Source: Thermoplasmata archaeon
Lineage (GTDB): Archaea; Thermoplasmatota; Thermoplasmata; RBG-16-68-12; JAGMCJ01
DNA length: 59,211 nucleotides
Reading direction: 5' to 3'
Assembly (NCBI GenBank): GCA_046761005.1
Contig: JBHIFI010000003.1
Span: forward strand, 1 to 59,211
Shown: positions 30,538 to 39,331 of the stretch, piece by piece
Layout of the letters: every line of letters begins with the position of its first letter
How positions within the stretch are numbered: the first letter of the stretch is position 1
Made by a program: the position numbers and the translations under genes
Notes under the pieces: generated by a model
Told to the model about the DNA's origin: nothing
The model's input: the letters and a program-made list of their open reading frames with translations, nothing else
The model's database searches: none

Positions 30538-31412
30538 TTGACCACCTCCAGCGGATAGACGACATCCCCGTTCAGGTACATCCTCACAAGCGACCTGCGG
30601 GCCGCCCAGCATTGGATGTTTATCGCGACGGGTAGGCTAGCGGTGTGGCAGTAGGCATATTCTGCGTTCACGCCAAGGAGGGTAGTCTTCCCGCCCATCC
30701 CCATCGGGCCGATGCCAAGCTCGTTGATTGCTTGGAGGATTTCCCGCTCGAGATTCGCAATCTCCTCCTCAGGGTGCCTTTCAGCGATCGGCCGGAGCAA
30801 CGCCTCCTTCCCCAGTTTCATCGCGATGTCGGCGGACCCGCCAATTCCGAGGCCAAGTATCACTGGCGGACAAGGCTTCCCGCCCGCTCGTAGCATCGTT
30901 TCCAGCGCGAACTCTTTCATTCCTTTGAGCCCTTTGGCGGGCGTCAGCATGGCGAGCCTGCTCATGTTCTCCGACCCTGCGCCCTTGGGCATGACGCCGA
31001 TTTCCAGGTAATCGTTATCGGAGAAGCGGTAATTGATATAGGGCATCCTCTCGCCCACGTTCGTCCCAGGGTTCTTCCTCGTAAGCGGATGAACCACGTT
31101 CGGCCTCAGGGGAACGGACTCTGTTGCCTCGGCGACCGCCTCCCTTATGACATTGTTCAGGCCATTGATACCGACCTTACCTATGTTGACGAAGAATATG
31201 GGCACGCCAGTGTCCTGGCACATGGGGGTTCCTGTTTTGACAGCAAGGTCCACGTTGTCAAGAATCGCCTTGAGCTGCATCCTGGGAACATCGTCCGTCT
31301 CCCTCTCATAACCTCTTTTCAGCGCGTTCACGGTGTCCATGGGCAATTCAGTGACAGAGCGCCTCAAAATTTCAGCACAAGCCTCCTTTATCTTCTCCGC
31401 AGGGATCATCAT
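30534..31412 (-). CDS. Class I fumarate hydratase (or tartrate dehydratase) alpha subunit
   Basis: PMCQDTGVPIFF motif (Fe-S hydro-lyase), 292 aa. Confidence 0.85.
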   Translation of the reverse strand: MMIPAEKIKEACAEILRRSVTELPMDTVNALKRGYERETDDVPRMQLKAILDNVDLAVKTGTPMCQDTGVPIFFVNIGKVGINGLNNVIREAVAEATESVPLRPNVVHPLTRKNPGTNVGERMPYINYRFSDNDYLEIGVMPKGAGSENMSRLAMLTPAKGLKGMKEFALETMLRAGGKPCPPVILGLGIGGSADIAMKLGKEALLRPIAERHPEEEIANLEREILQAINELGIGPMGMGGKTTLLGVNAEYAYCHTASLPVAINIQCWAARRSLVRMYLNGDVVYPLEVVK

Positions 31413-31439
31413 CCTCCCCCGCTCGGTGATAACTCAAGA

Positions 31440-32462
31440 CTAATTAATGCTTTGCAGATAGGATGGATAGATGCCCTCTGGGGACTTGACTATCTTCATC
31501 TCCTCTGCGTCCTCCTCGATCCCTGGCGGCCTGAGCAGAGTAATCGTCTTCATAGTCTCTGGATCTATCACCTGGACTTCCTTCTCGCTCCTTGATACGA
31601 TGATGGCGCTCAGTATCTCGGCATCTGCCTTCCGCGCCGACTTGAGGTCCGAGGCGGGAACACTTCTCTCCTCCAATGATATGAGGTCCGCGATGACGAA
31701 TGGGGGCCCTACGCTGATGACCTGGAAAAGCTTGTCCGCAATCTTGAGAACCAATCCTTTGCTGTATGGAGGAAATCTGAAGAGATAGGTTATCCTGTAA
31801 AAGTCCCTCCCGTCCCTGCGACCTTGAAGCGTTGCCGAGGAAGTCACGTTCCCGCCAAACGTGGATTGGAGTAGCTTGGCTATCGCCTTCCCTGCCGCCT
31901 TGCTGCTCAGGTAGAAGTCCAGGCCGCCATGGACGCTCTCCTCCTTGCTTATGAATACCTCAGGGCCCATCCGCTCAACTTCTAGGTGAATTGTTTCCGA
32001 CGCCCTCTCGATAAGGTCATCCTCGACCTCTCCTTCTGGCGGCCTCACCTGCAGAATGGCCTCGAAGTACTCCCCCTTCTGCCTGGAACATACGTCGCAG
32101 ACGCCCCTCTTCAGTCTTATTCTCGTCCTACGTTGCCTTTCGAACACAGCGTCCTCGACTCGGAGTTCGAAAGAAAGCTCGGTGGAGAGATTCCTCTCGT
32201 CCTCCTCCCGCAGGCTGATATCGATATCCTCAAGCCGCGCGAGCTTGTCCACCTCAACCACCTGCTCAATGGCGAATCGGATGGCATCGTCTCTTTCTTC
32301 GTGAACCCAGCTCGCTCCCCTTTGATGAGCACCGCAGTGGGCGCACAGAGTGATGTCTATGTTCTCAGGAACCTCCACGAGCTTGTGCTTCTTGTCAAAG
32401 CATTCCAAGCAAAGATTGTCGTAGGTCTTCCCTTCCTTCCCGCACTCCACGCAATAAGTCAC
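31440..32462 (-). CDS. NMD3-family protein (ribosome biogenesis/export factor homolog)
   Basis: Tandem Cys clusters YCVECG...CLEC...CAHCG. GTG at 32462 is in a GTGA overlap with the upstream stop and gives MTYCVECG, a typical archaeal NMD3 N-terminus. Confidence 0.85.
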   Translation of the reverse strand: MTYCVECGKEGKTYDNLCLECFDKKHKLVEVPENIDITLCAHCGAHQRGASWVHEERDDAIRFAIEQVVEVDKLARLEDIDISLREEDERNLSTELSFELRVEDAVFERQRRTRIRLKRGVCDVCSRQKGEYFEAILQVRPPEGEVEDDLIERASETIHLEVERMGPEVFISKEESVHGGLDFYLSSKAAGKAIAKLLQSTFGGNVTSSATLQGRRDGRDFYRITYLFRFPPYSKGLVLKIADKLFQVISVGPPFVIADLISLEERSVPASDLKSARKADAEILSAIIVSRSEKEVQVIDPETMKTITLLRPPGIEEDAEEMKIVKSPEGIYPSYLQSIN

Positions 32463-32740
32463 ATCACCACCATCTGGGCGTGAGGAACATCGCCAATCCA
32501 GATGACGCATGCCTCATCGACGAATCCCCTATCAATGGCCGCTTGAACGGTTGACTTGCCCACGAGATTGGCGATGGTAGCTTCTCTCAACCTCTCCGTA
32601 AACTCCTCAACGGAGACCTTCTCACCGTCGTAGAAGCTGCTGACCTCTATCTTCAGGTCGCCTTCCCTGAAGGTCTTTCCCAAGATGTCGCTGTCGCAAG
32701 CCGCAAGGAGGACCTCGATACCTTTCCGGTACATTCTCAT
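32459..32740 (-). CDS. DUF424-family protein
   Basis: MRMYRKGIEVLLAACD ... IGDVPHAQMV is typical of DUF424. Start set at the ATG 32740, downstream of the MCM stop at 32751. Confidence 0.7.
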   Translation of the reverse strand: MRMYRKGIEVLLAACDSDILGKTFREGDLKIEVSSFYDGEKVSVEEFTERLREATIANLVGKSTVQAAIDRGFVDEACVIWIGDVPHAQMVVM

Positions 32741-32750
32741 GCATATCAGT

Positions 32751-34844
32751 CTATCGCCGTCCAACAAGTTTGTACTTGTTCTTGGACGGAGAATAGACTT
32801 CTCCTTCTTGACTCCATCGCTTCAAAAGGGACTCCACTCTGCTGGAGTGTATGCCCCTCTCCTCCGCAAAGGAGATTATATCCGAGATATCTGCGCTGCC
32901 ATCTTCGCCTGCCAGTTCCTGAATTATGTCTCGAAGGGCGATCATCTGCTCCCTCTGGGAGGTACTCGTGCCCGTCACTATTATGTCGATATCGAATCTT
33001 CCCGCTTCGCCCGCGACCTTTCTCAACCAGTATTCAACGATTCGCACGGCCCGCCGAGCATCATCTTCTGTGACGGACTCGCTCAGTCTAGCCCTCGCAC
33101 TTGCTTCCGAAAGCCTCACGAAGGCCTCAAGCTGTCTAGGAGTGATGGGGACCGCGGCACCCTCCATCTCGCCCTGCTTTCTTATTTCGAGATACTTCTC
33201 TTTTATGACCACCATCGCTTCTGGTGTGAGAACTGGATTGATCTGCTTTGCATAGGACACATACTTCCTCAAGAATTCGGGCTTGAAGTAGGGCTCGAAG
33301 ACCTCTATGTCCGGGGCACCTGTGAGACCGCGACCCTCCTTACTCCTCAACTCACCAACGAGATGACTTTTCAGCATATGGTCGGCCATATCCATGTCTC
33401 TGCTCGACTCTGGGATATCCAGTATAGAAAAAATGACATCAAATCTCGAGAGTAGGGTAGGAGAGAGCTCGATCTGCTCCGATATGAACTTGTGCTCGTC
33501 GAACCTGCCGAATCGCGGGTTTGCTGCCGCCAAGACAGCGCATCTCGAGGGAAGAGTCGCCGTTATCCCCGCTTTTGAGACGGATATGAACTGCTGCTCC
33601 ATTCCCAGGTGAATGGCGTCCCTGTCCTGAGGATTCATCTTTTCGATTTCATCGATGCACACAAGCCCGCCATCACCAAGCACCATTGCACCCGCTTCAA
33701 GAGTCCAGCGCCCTTCTCCAAATTCGTCTCTAACCGCCGCTGCAGTGAGTCCTGCCGCAGATGAGGCCTTTCCAGCCGTATAGACGGACCGCGGAGAGAG
33801 TTGGCTCATATACGTTAGCAGCTGGCTTTTCCCAGTTCCTGGATCGCCGACGAGGAGGATGTGTATATCCCCTCTAATCCTCGTTCCATCAGGCATCTCC
33901 TTCGGCACACCGCCAAAGAGCTGGAGCACGAGGGCCTCCTTCTCAGTCGTCAATCCATAGATCACGGGAGAAATCGAGGAAACTATCTTTCTAAATATCC
34001 CCTCATCCGCTGCGACCTCACTGATTTTCTGCATATCCTCGTCGGTAACCTCAATTTCCTCGAACACTATTTGCTCGGATTCGACACTGTTCACATCGAT
34101 GAAGATATTGAAGACAGTGGATTTTGCCCGATATCTCGTTCTCTGGATGCTCTTGAGCTCACCGTTCAAGACTATTCTATCGCCTGGTGAGACGACACCA
34201 GCTATATCATCTATGCAGTACGCAATCAGTCTTTCCGGCTGAGCTCCTCCCCTGAGAATCTCGGGCTTCTCCTGGATCTCTATCTTCTGCGTATCAATGA
34301 ATTTGGATTCCTCAAGAACGAGTTTGAATCGTGTGGAACTGGAGCTCTTTCCGCAACCGCCTGAGTCTTGAGGGCACTCCAGAGGTTCCCGAAATGCCAT
34401 CCCCTCTTGCTTTGTGGAGAACTTGTGGCCACACCTCACGCACTGGAAGGTTGCCTCGATAATCATGGGCCTAACTTCGGTCGCCTTTCTAACGAGGCCT
34501 TCAACGGCGATGAACCTCCCAACATGTTTGCTTCTGAGGTCTCGAATCGCAATCCTCTGATCACGTGGTAGACCCTTGACTCGCAGATGAATGGAGACAT
34601 CTTCTTCAGTAGGGGGAATTGCTTTTACGATGGCCTCCTCTCCCACCAGGATAGCCTTCGCGGGCTTTCTGAGGAAATGCATGCCGAAATCGGAATCGTA
34701 TCTGTCTATGTCTTCGAATGGGACCTCCAGACTCTTCTTCTGAGGGAAAACATCAGTTATAGCTGTTATCCTAGATTCGTATCCATACTCATCGAAGAAC
34801 TCTTCCCATTTGCTCGTAAGCTCTTCGTCCGTGTATCTTATCAC
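32751..34844 (-). CDS. mcm: MCM replicative helicase
   Basis: Zn motif CVRCGH...CPQDSGGCG, Walker A GDPGTGKSQ, Walker B CIDEIEKM, arginine finger SRFD. No intein (697 aa). GTG start preceded by GGGGGAGGT. Confidence 0.95.
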   Translation of the reverse strand: MIRYTDEELTSKWEEFFDEYGYESRITAITDVFPQKKSLEVPFEDIDRYDSDFGMHFLRKPAKAILVGEEAIVKAIPPTEEDVSIHLRVKGLPRDQRIAIRDLRSKHVGRFIAVEGLVRKATEVRPMIIEATFQCVRCGHKFSTKQEGMAFREPLECPQDSGGCGKSSSSTRFKLVLEESKFIDTQKIEIQEKPEILRGGAQPERLIAYCIDDIAGVVSPGDRIVLNGELKSIQRTRYRAKSTVFNIFIDVNSVESEQIVFEEIEVTDEDMQKISEVAADEGIFRKIVSSISPVIYGLTTEKEALVLQLFGGVPKEMPDGTRIRGDIHILLVGDPGTGKSQLLTYMSQLSPRSVYTAGKASSAAGLTAAAVRDEFGEGRWTLEAGAMVLGDGGLVCIDEIEKMNPQDRDAIHLGMEQQFISVSKAGITATLPSRCAVLAAANPRFGRFDEHKFISEQIELSPTLLSRFDVIFSILDIPESSRDMDMADHMLKSHLVGELRSKEGRGLTGAPDIEVFEPYFKPEFLRKYVSYAKQINPVLTPEAMVVIKEKYLEIRKQGEMEGAAVPITPRQLEAFVRLSEASARARLSESVTEDDARRAVRIVEYWLRKVAGEAGRFDIDIIVTGTSTSQREQMIALRDIIQELAGEDGSADISDIISFAEERGIHSSRVESLLKRWSQEGEVYSPSKNKYKLVGRR

Positions 34845-34896
34845 AACGACCTCCCCCTTATCGGTAGGGTATTGAGACCTCCCTATTTATCCTTAC

Positions 34897-35037
34897 TCAA
34901 CCGCATCTAGAGAAGCCGCAACTTGGGCAAAATCCGCAGTTTCCTGAGAACTCGAGCGGGGAAGAGCAATCGGGACAAACCTCTCTCTCCTGGCACGAGG
35001 GATTGGATGTCGTGCTTTGACTGTTGAGAATCTCCAT
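34897..35037 (-). CDS. Unannotated 46-aa Cys-rich zinc-ribbon protein (below ORF-track cutoff)
   Basis: My translation is MEILNSQSTTSNPSCQEREVCPDCSSPLEFSGNCGFCPSCGFSRCG. It has 7 Cys, including CPDC and CGFCPSC. AGGTGAT lies 3 nt upstream of the ATG. The gene sits 52 nt upstream of mcm on the same strand. Confidence 0.5.
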   Translation of the reverse strand: MEILNSQSTTSNPSCQEREVCPDCSSPLEFSGNCGFCPSCGFSRCG

Positions 35038-35362
35038 TCTATCACCTTTCCTTATTATGTAACTTCATGGTTTTAATGATTCAAGGGGGAGGTGGATGAA
35101 ACTAATCTTCAATTCATTTCAGCTGCCTCTGGATATTGCTTCGCATGATCCAAGAGCCATATTGTGAGTTGGTGAGTAGATGAGGATTATTCAGATACGT
35201 CTCACCGGACTGAATGATAATCCTATGAAGGTGAATCGACTTGCCCTCTGAGACATTGTTGCGGGGGATATCGGGAGGGGAAGACAAGAAGAAGTAGGGT
35301 CTCATGTATTGCGGGAAAAGCAAATAACGCAGAGTTCGCATGTCCATCCAAGTCGGGATAAG

Positions 35363-37549
35363 ATGAAAAGTATGATCACGACAGCAACAATAGTGTTCCT
35401 ATTGATCTCGGGCTTATGGTCGGCCTTGACTGTGCAGGCAGACGATGAAGCTGTTTTGCCCAGAAATTTCCGCCAAGAAACACCAAAGGCATCCCGCGGT
35501 GATGTTGTCTCTTCAAATGGTACGTATATGGGCCATAACTGGTACATCGATGAGAATCACATGATTTGGTGGGATGACAAACCTCACATCAGGTATGGAT
35601 TTACTGGCTCACCAAGAATAGATGATATTGACGAATTTATTGGTATGGGATTCAACCAATTTTCCATTGGTCCCGGTGAAGGTGAGTATGTTTTCAGCGA
35701 CAATACTGAAGATCACATAAGGAGCCGTGATGGCATTGACAATTATACCACCATACTTACAGGTAAGGGATGCACCTATTTCGCAGGTTTGAACCTTCTA
35801 CTGCCGTGGAAAAACTCTGGGAAGATCGCTGACGAAGACAGAGTCATCTTCCTCTACAGAAAACTATTCGATGTAACCGAATACAGTGACCAGTCAGCAC
35901 AGATAGAACTGTTGATGCAATTTGAGGAATCATATGAGGGTTACACACTCAAGAACGAGAGTACAGCGTATCTGTTTGATTTCTCAGCGGGACAAATGAC
36001 AGATATATCTGAAAAGATAGATAATATAACATGGGAGGAGAGAGCCGGAGGGGAGACGGACGATGAGGCGAGGAGATTCGATTTGGTAGTATCGTTCTCA
36101 ACTATCGATTTCCCGGACTCATTCCATCTGGTCATTGTTGTTTCCGTCCCAATTCAGCACGAAACCGTTTTTGCTTGGGATTTTCCAGCACTCTGGAAAG
36201 ATAATATTCGCGATTATTATAATAATTCGCTTAATTTTTTCAAGGATGCATATCGGAAGGATGGTTTGAGAGGTATGTTGTTCGGAGATGAGATCGGCAT
36301 TTCCAACAAGACATTGTTCATGTGGATGTACGAAGATTTCAACGACGATACTACGGCAATGAACTATTTTCATCAATGGCTTGAGGGTCAGTTTGAGAGT
36401 GTCGAGAACCTGAATCAATATCTGGGCACAAGCTACGGTGCAATCGAAGATGTAAGTTGGAATATCACTCCGCTTCCTTACGAGTCGGTTGCGCATCTAG
36501 AAGAAGTTGAGGAACCCACACTCTTCGGTCTGTACGATTCAGTGGAACAAGTTGGAAGGCTGAATTCCCTGCAAAATGACTTCATATTCTGGTTCTACGG
36601 GCACTGGTATGCTGAGTATGCCAAAACTGCAAAAGAGACCATCGGAGATGTACCTGTCTTTACGACAGTCTGGGCGAGCCAAAATGTTAACCCACTTCGG
36701 ATTCACTATGAGGCAATGCTTGAGGGCGTAGACGGTCTGATTAGGAATAGCTACGGTCAAGTCGTATCTGATGCTGAGGGGAGAAAGGGCATTGGCTTCC
36801 AGTCTGAAGAAGACACACAATTACAAGACCTTGAGGCTATTGAAAATATGATCGATAGCGCAGAGAGGGAAGGCGGATACACAAAAGCCTATCTTGCGAA
36901 CGAGTTCTATTGGGTTCAGGCTATAGGTGATGAGCCCATCGAAGGAGGCGTGCATTTTAAGTTCCCTACAAATTCGGATCTAAAGGAATTTCTTAAGGTG
37001 ATGATTGACCACGGTTATCGTGGATTTCACATGTTCATCATGGATCCAAGCGATGTCTACCGTTCTGAAGACAGTTTGCAGAGGGAAGATATGCTTTGGC
37101 TTTCTGAGCTTAAACCTGAAATCTTGGGCTATATGCTTGGTAAAGGCACAATTGAAGGAGAGGTCAAGACCACGTCAGGTAGCGGCATCTCAAACGCTAC
37201 GATTTTAATCACTTACTCAAGCAATGGCACAGTGTTGACTGAAGCAAAAACAGACACTGACGGTTTATTCTCAACACCATACGATTCTATCGGTAGCTAC
37301 AATGTCCCCGAGGGAACGTATGATATCACCGCAAGTAAGACAGGATACGAAACCTCCGAAAGAAACAATCAAACGGTAATCAGAGGTGAGATAACCCACA
37401 TATCGCTTGTGGTCCAACCCAAGAAAGTTGAAAGGGAAAACCTCTTTGGAGAGCTTTGGTTTTGGGTCCTCATAATTGCAATCTCTTTAGCCATCGCTTC
37501 CCTGATCATATTCATCAGGAAGAGGGTGAAACACGATGGCGATAAATGA
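35363..37549 (+). CDS. Secreted, C-terminally membrane-anchored protein with TIM-barrel-glycosidase-like region and CarboxypepD_reg-like beta-sandwich
   Basis: Signal-like N-terminus MKSMITTATIVFLLISGLWSALTVQA. IGMGFNQFSIGPGEGEYVF resembles GH42/GH35-type barrels. GTIEGEVKT...DTDGLF...GTYDITASKTGYE matches the regulatory-domain fold. A C-terminal TM helix is followed by RKRVKH. Function call is weak. Confidence 0.75.
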   Translation: MKSMITTATIVFLLISGLWSALTVQADDEAVLPRNFRQETPKASRGDVVSSNGTYMGHNWYIDENHMIWWDDKPHIRYGFTGSPRIDDIDEFIGMGFNQFSIGPGEGEYVFSDNTEDHIRSRDGIDNYTTILTGKGCTYFAGLNLLLPWKNSGKIADEDRVIFLYRKLFDVTEYSDQSAQIELLMQFEESYEGYTLKNESTAYLFDFSAGQMTDISEKIDNITWEERAGGETDDEARRFDLVVSFSTIDFPDSFHLVIVVSVPIQHETVFAWDFPALWKDNIRDYYNNSLNFFKDAYRKDGLRGMLFGDEIGISNKTLFMWMYEDFNDDTTAMNYFHQWLEGQFESVENLNQYLGTSYGAIEDVSWNITPLPYESVAHLEEVEEPTLFGLYDSVEQVGRLNSLQNDFIFWFYGHWYAEYAKTAKETIGDVPVFTTVWASQNVNPLRIHYEAMLEGVDGLIRNSYGQVVSDAEGRKGIGFQSEEDTQLQDLEAIENMIDSAEREGGYTKAYLANEFYWVQAIGDEPIEGGVHFKFPTNSDLKEFLKVMIDHGYRGFHMFIMDPSDVYRSEDSLQREDMLWLSELKPEILGYMLGKGTIEGEVKTTSGSGISNATILITYSSNGTVLTEAKTDTDGLFSTPYDSIGSYNVPEGTYDITASKTGYETSERNNQTVIRGEITHISLVVQPKKVERENLFGELWFWVLIIAISLAIASLIIFIRKRVKHDGDK

Positions 37550-37611
37550 GTATGCGTTTCCCGGAATTTAGGTGGATATGTAGCCGCCTAGGGGACGTGC
37601 TTCCGGCTCAG

Positions 37612-38133
37612 CTACCTTTCCCAGAGAATGAGGCTAAGGACAGCGTCACCAGATTTTCCAAAGCAGACCATAGGATACCTCCACCTTATCTGGAAATAGT
37701 CGTCAGGCGCAGCAATATCGGGGTCTGCGAAGAACACTCTCGTGGTAACATTGGAGCTTTCGTTCTCGTAGACTGATGTCATGTAGAAATCGTATCTCTT
37801 AGGTATCAGGTCCCTTGCAAAATCGTATAGAAGCATATCGCAGAAAACGAGCGGCTCGATGTCACCTCCATCATCCGCAACGCTTGTTCTGAGAAGCATA
37901 TACTTATCGACCGCTGATTTGGAATAATTGATTCCGCATTCCTCGAGGTTAAGGGTACTACGCATGAGAACGATGAACGTATCCTCCGCATAATCCTTCA
38001 CATCCGAGATGGACTCGATTTCAGCAAATCCTAGATGACTCGGAAAGCTCATCAGTGAGAGAGCCGCACTCGTACTCACCAACAAGAGAAATATGACCGC
38101 ATCCGTAATCGCGAGCTGAGCTTTCTTGTTCAT
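37612..38133 (-). CDS. Pilin-like protein with class III signal-peptide-like N-terminus (173 aa)
   Basis: MNKKAQLAITDAVIFLLLVSTSAALSLMSF has a short basic leader, a small residue, then about 20 hydrophobic residues. No other TM segment; no family recognised. Confidence 0.65.
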   Translation of the reverse strand: MNKKAQLAITDAVIFLLLVSTSAALSLMSFPSHLGFAEIESISDVKDYAEDTFIVLMRSTLNLEECGINYSKSAVDKYMLLRTSVADDGGDIEPLVFCDMLLYDFARDLIPKRYDFYMTSVYENESSNVTTRVFFADPDIAAPDDYFQIRWRYPMVCFGKSGDAVLSLILWER

Positions 38134-38134
38134 T

Positions 38135-38584
38135 TCATCGTCTCCATATGATTATCGTCATTCGGGCGGCATGCGTTTCATTGGGGCTGACCCATACATT
38201 GCAGCTCGTCGTTGCTCCAATCACATCACCAACTGGCTCGGAAGTCTGGAAGATATGGTCAGTAGAGTTCGATACATCGTGTATGACCAGCCGAAACTCA
38301 TATGAGGTCTGCAGGAACTCTCTGAACCGCTCAAGGGACGTGCTCCTCAGAAAAGCCCCATTCAATAGGAGATATTCTCCGTCCTTAGTGAGGCGAGGAT
38401 GGGAGACAATCCTCTTGAGAAGTTTCCTAGCCTCTTCTTTCATCTCAAGCGTTTTCTGAATATCTACCTCGCTGGCTACCATACTCGATAGGCTTGTCAG
38501 AAGTAGGCACAGAGCTACGGAGACGACCGCCAACGCTATCAATTCTTCCAGAATGTTCGAAATTGCTCTCTCGTCCCTCCACAT
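38135..38584 (-). CDS. Pilin-like protein with class III signal-peptide-like N-terminus (149 aa)
   Basis: MWRDERAISNILEELIALAVVSVALCLLLTSL resembles the archaeal RA|xS-type prepilin leader plus a hydrophobic helix. 1-nt gap to the next pilin-like gene. Confidence 0.65.
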   Translation of the reverse strand: MWRDERAISNILEELIALAVVSVALCLLLTSLSSMVASEVDIQKTLEMKEEARKLLKRIVSHPRLTKDGEYLLLNGAFLRSTSLERFREFLQTSYEFRLVIHDVSNSTDHIFQTSEPVGDVIGATTSCNVWVSPNETHAARMTIIIWRR

Positions 38585-38699
38585 ATTGTGACTAACGAGG
38601 CACTGGGTAAATATCTTTCCAAGAAGGTTTTTAAATGTCTCCGATGTTGCATATTTTGCGTGGAGGGATTCAGGTCTGGGATCCTGTGAGTCCAGATAT

Positions 38700-39218
38700 A
38701 TGAAGGATAGGGAGTTGCTCCAGATTGATTGTACTGGTTGCGACGTTCAGCCCGATTTGAGGAGGCATGAGTGCTTCGTAGGTGTTCTTCTCTCATTCGA
38801 TAGCAAGCTGAACATAGAAAGGATTATTCTTTCGGGAACGGTGGTCAAGCAATACTCAAAGAAGAGCATAAACCTCTTTTCCAAAATGAGGAGTATTTTG
38901 GATACCCTTTCGACGCTCAAGGGAGAGCTGAATCAGCGTTTTCAAGCGGAGAAGTCGAGAAAGGAATTGAAACACTGCTCTCGATGTCAGAGGGATCCAA
39001 GGAAGCTTTTTGGCGGGATTGAAATCGCCTTTCTGAGGGATCTTGCTGAGTTCTTCTCGTCCCTAAGAAGTGTGCTTGATGTTTCCATGGAGGATGCCCC
39101 GCCTAGATGCGAGCTTTGCCTTCTTCAATTGAAGAGAGACGCTCTCATCCTTCTCGATGAGGCACTATCTCTGAGAAAATATGCACTCAAAGAAGGCCTC
39201 GGAATCGTGGAGGGATAA
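38700..39218 (+). CDS. Hypothetical Cys-rich protein (172 aa) preceding the pilus ATPase
   Basis: CxxC pairs at aa 11/14, 93/96 and 137/140, plus H23/C25. No TM segment and no signal peptide. Divergent from the pilin-like pair across a 115-nt AT-rich spacer. Confidence 0.65.
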   Translation: MKDRELLQIDCTGCDVQPDLRRHECFVGVLLSFDSKLNIERIILSGTVVKQYSKKSINLFSKMRSILDTLSTLKGELNQRFQAEKSRKELKHCSRCQRDPRKLFGGIEIAFLRDLAEFFSSLRSVLDVSMEDAPPRCELCLLQLKRDALILLDEALSLRKYALKEGLGIVEG

Positions 39219-39331
39219 TCTCGATCACGAACATCTCGAGAGGATCAGCTAGAATACGCGACCCCTATGGGCGCGCAGCTCTCAAGATTAGGAGAATAGA
39301 CACCAGCGCCATTCAGCGCTCCATCGGAAGA

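Noticed and set aside
35096-35167. 23-aa mini-ORF (MKLIFNSFQLPLDIASHDPRAIL) directly after GGGGGAGGTGG.
   Set aside because: The SD-like run abuts the ATG with essentially no spacer. The peptide is too short to evaluate without conservation data.
35114-35347. 77-aa minus-strand ORF in the spacer upstream of the surface-protein gene.
   Set aside because: No SD and no motifs. Its composition is unlike neighbouring genes, and it overlaps the likely promoter/5' region of the 35363 gene. An imperfect inverted repeat (35184-35223) there is more likely regulatory.
34845-35362. Possible replication origin next to mcm (ORB-like repeats, AT-rich unwinding element).
   Set aside because: I found no repeated ORB-type inverted elements and no orc1/cdc6 gene in the window. 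The AT-rich stretch is explained by promoters and the small zinc-ribbon gene.
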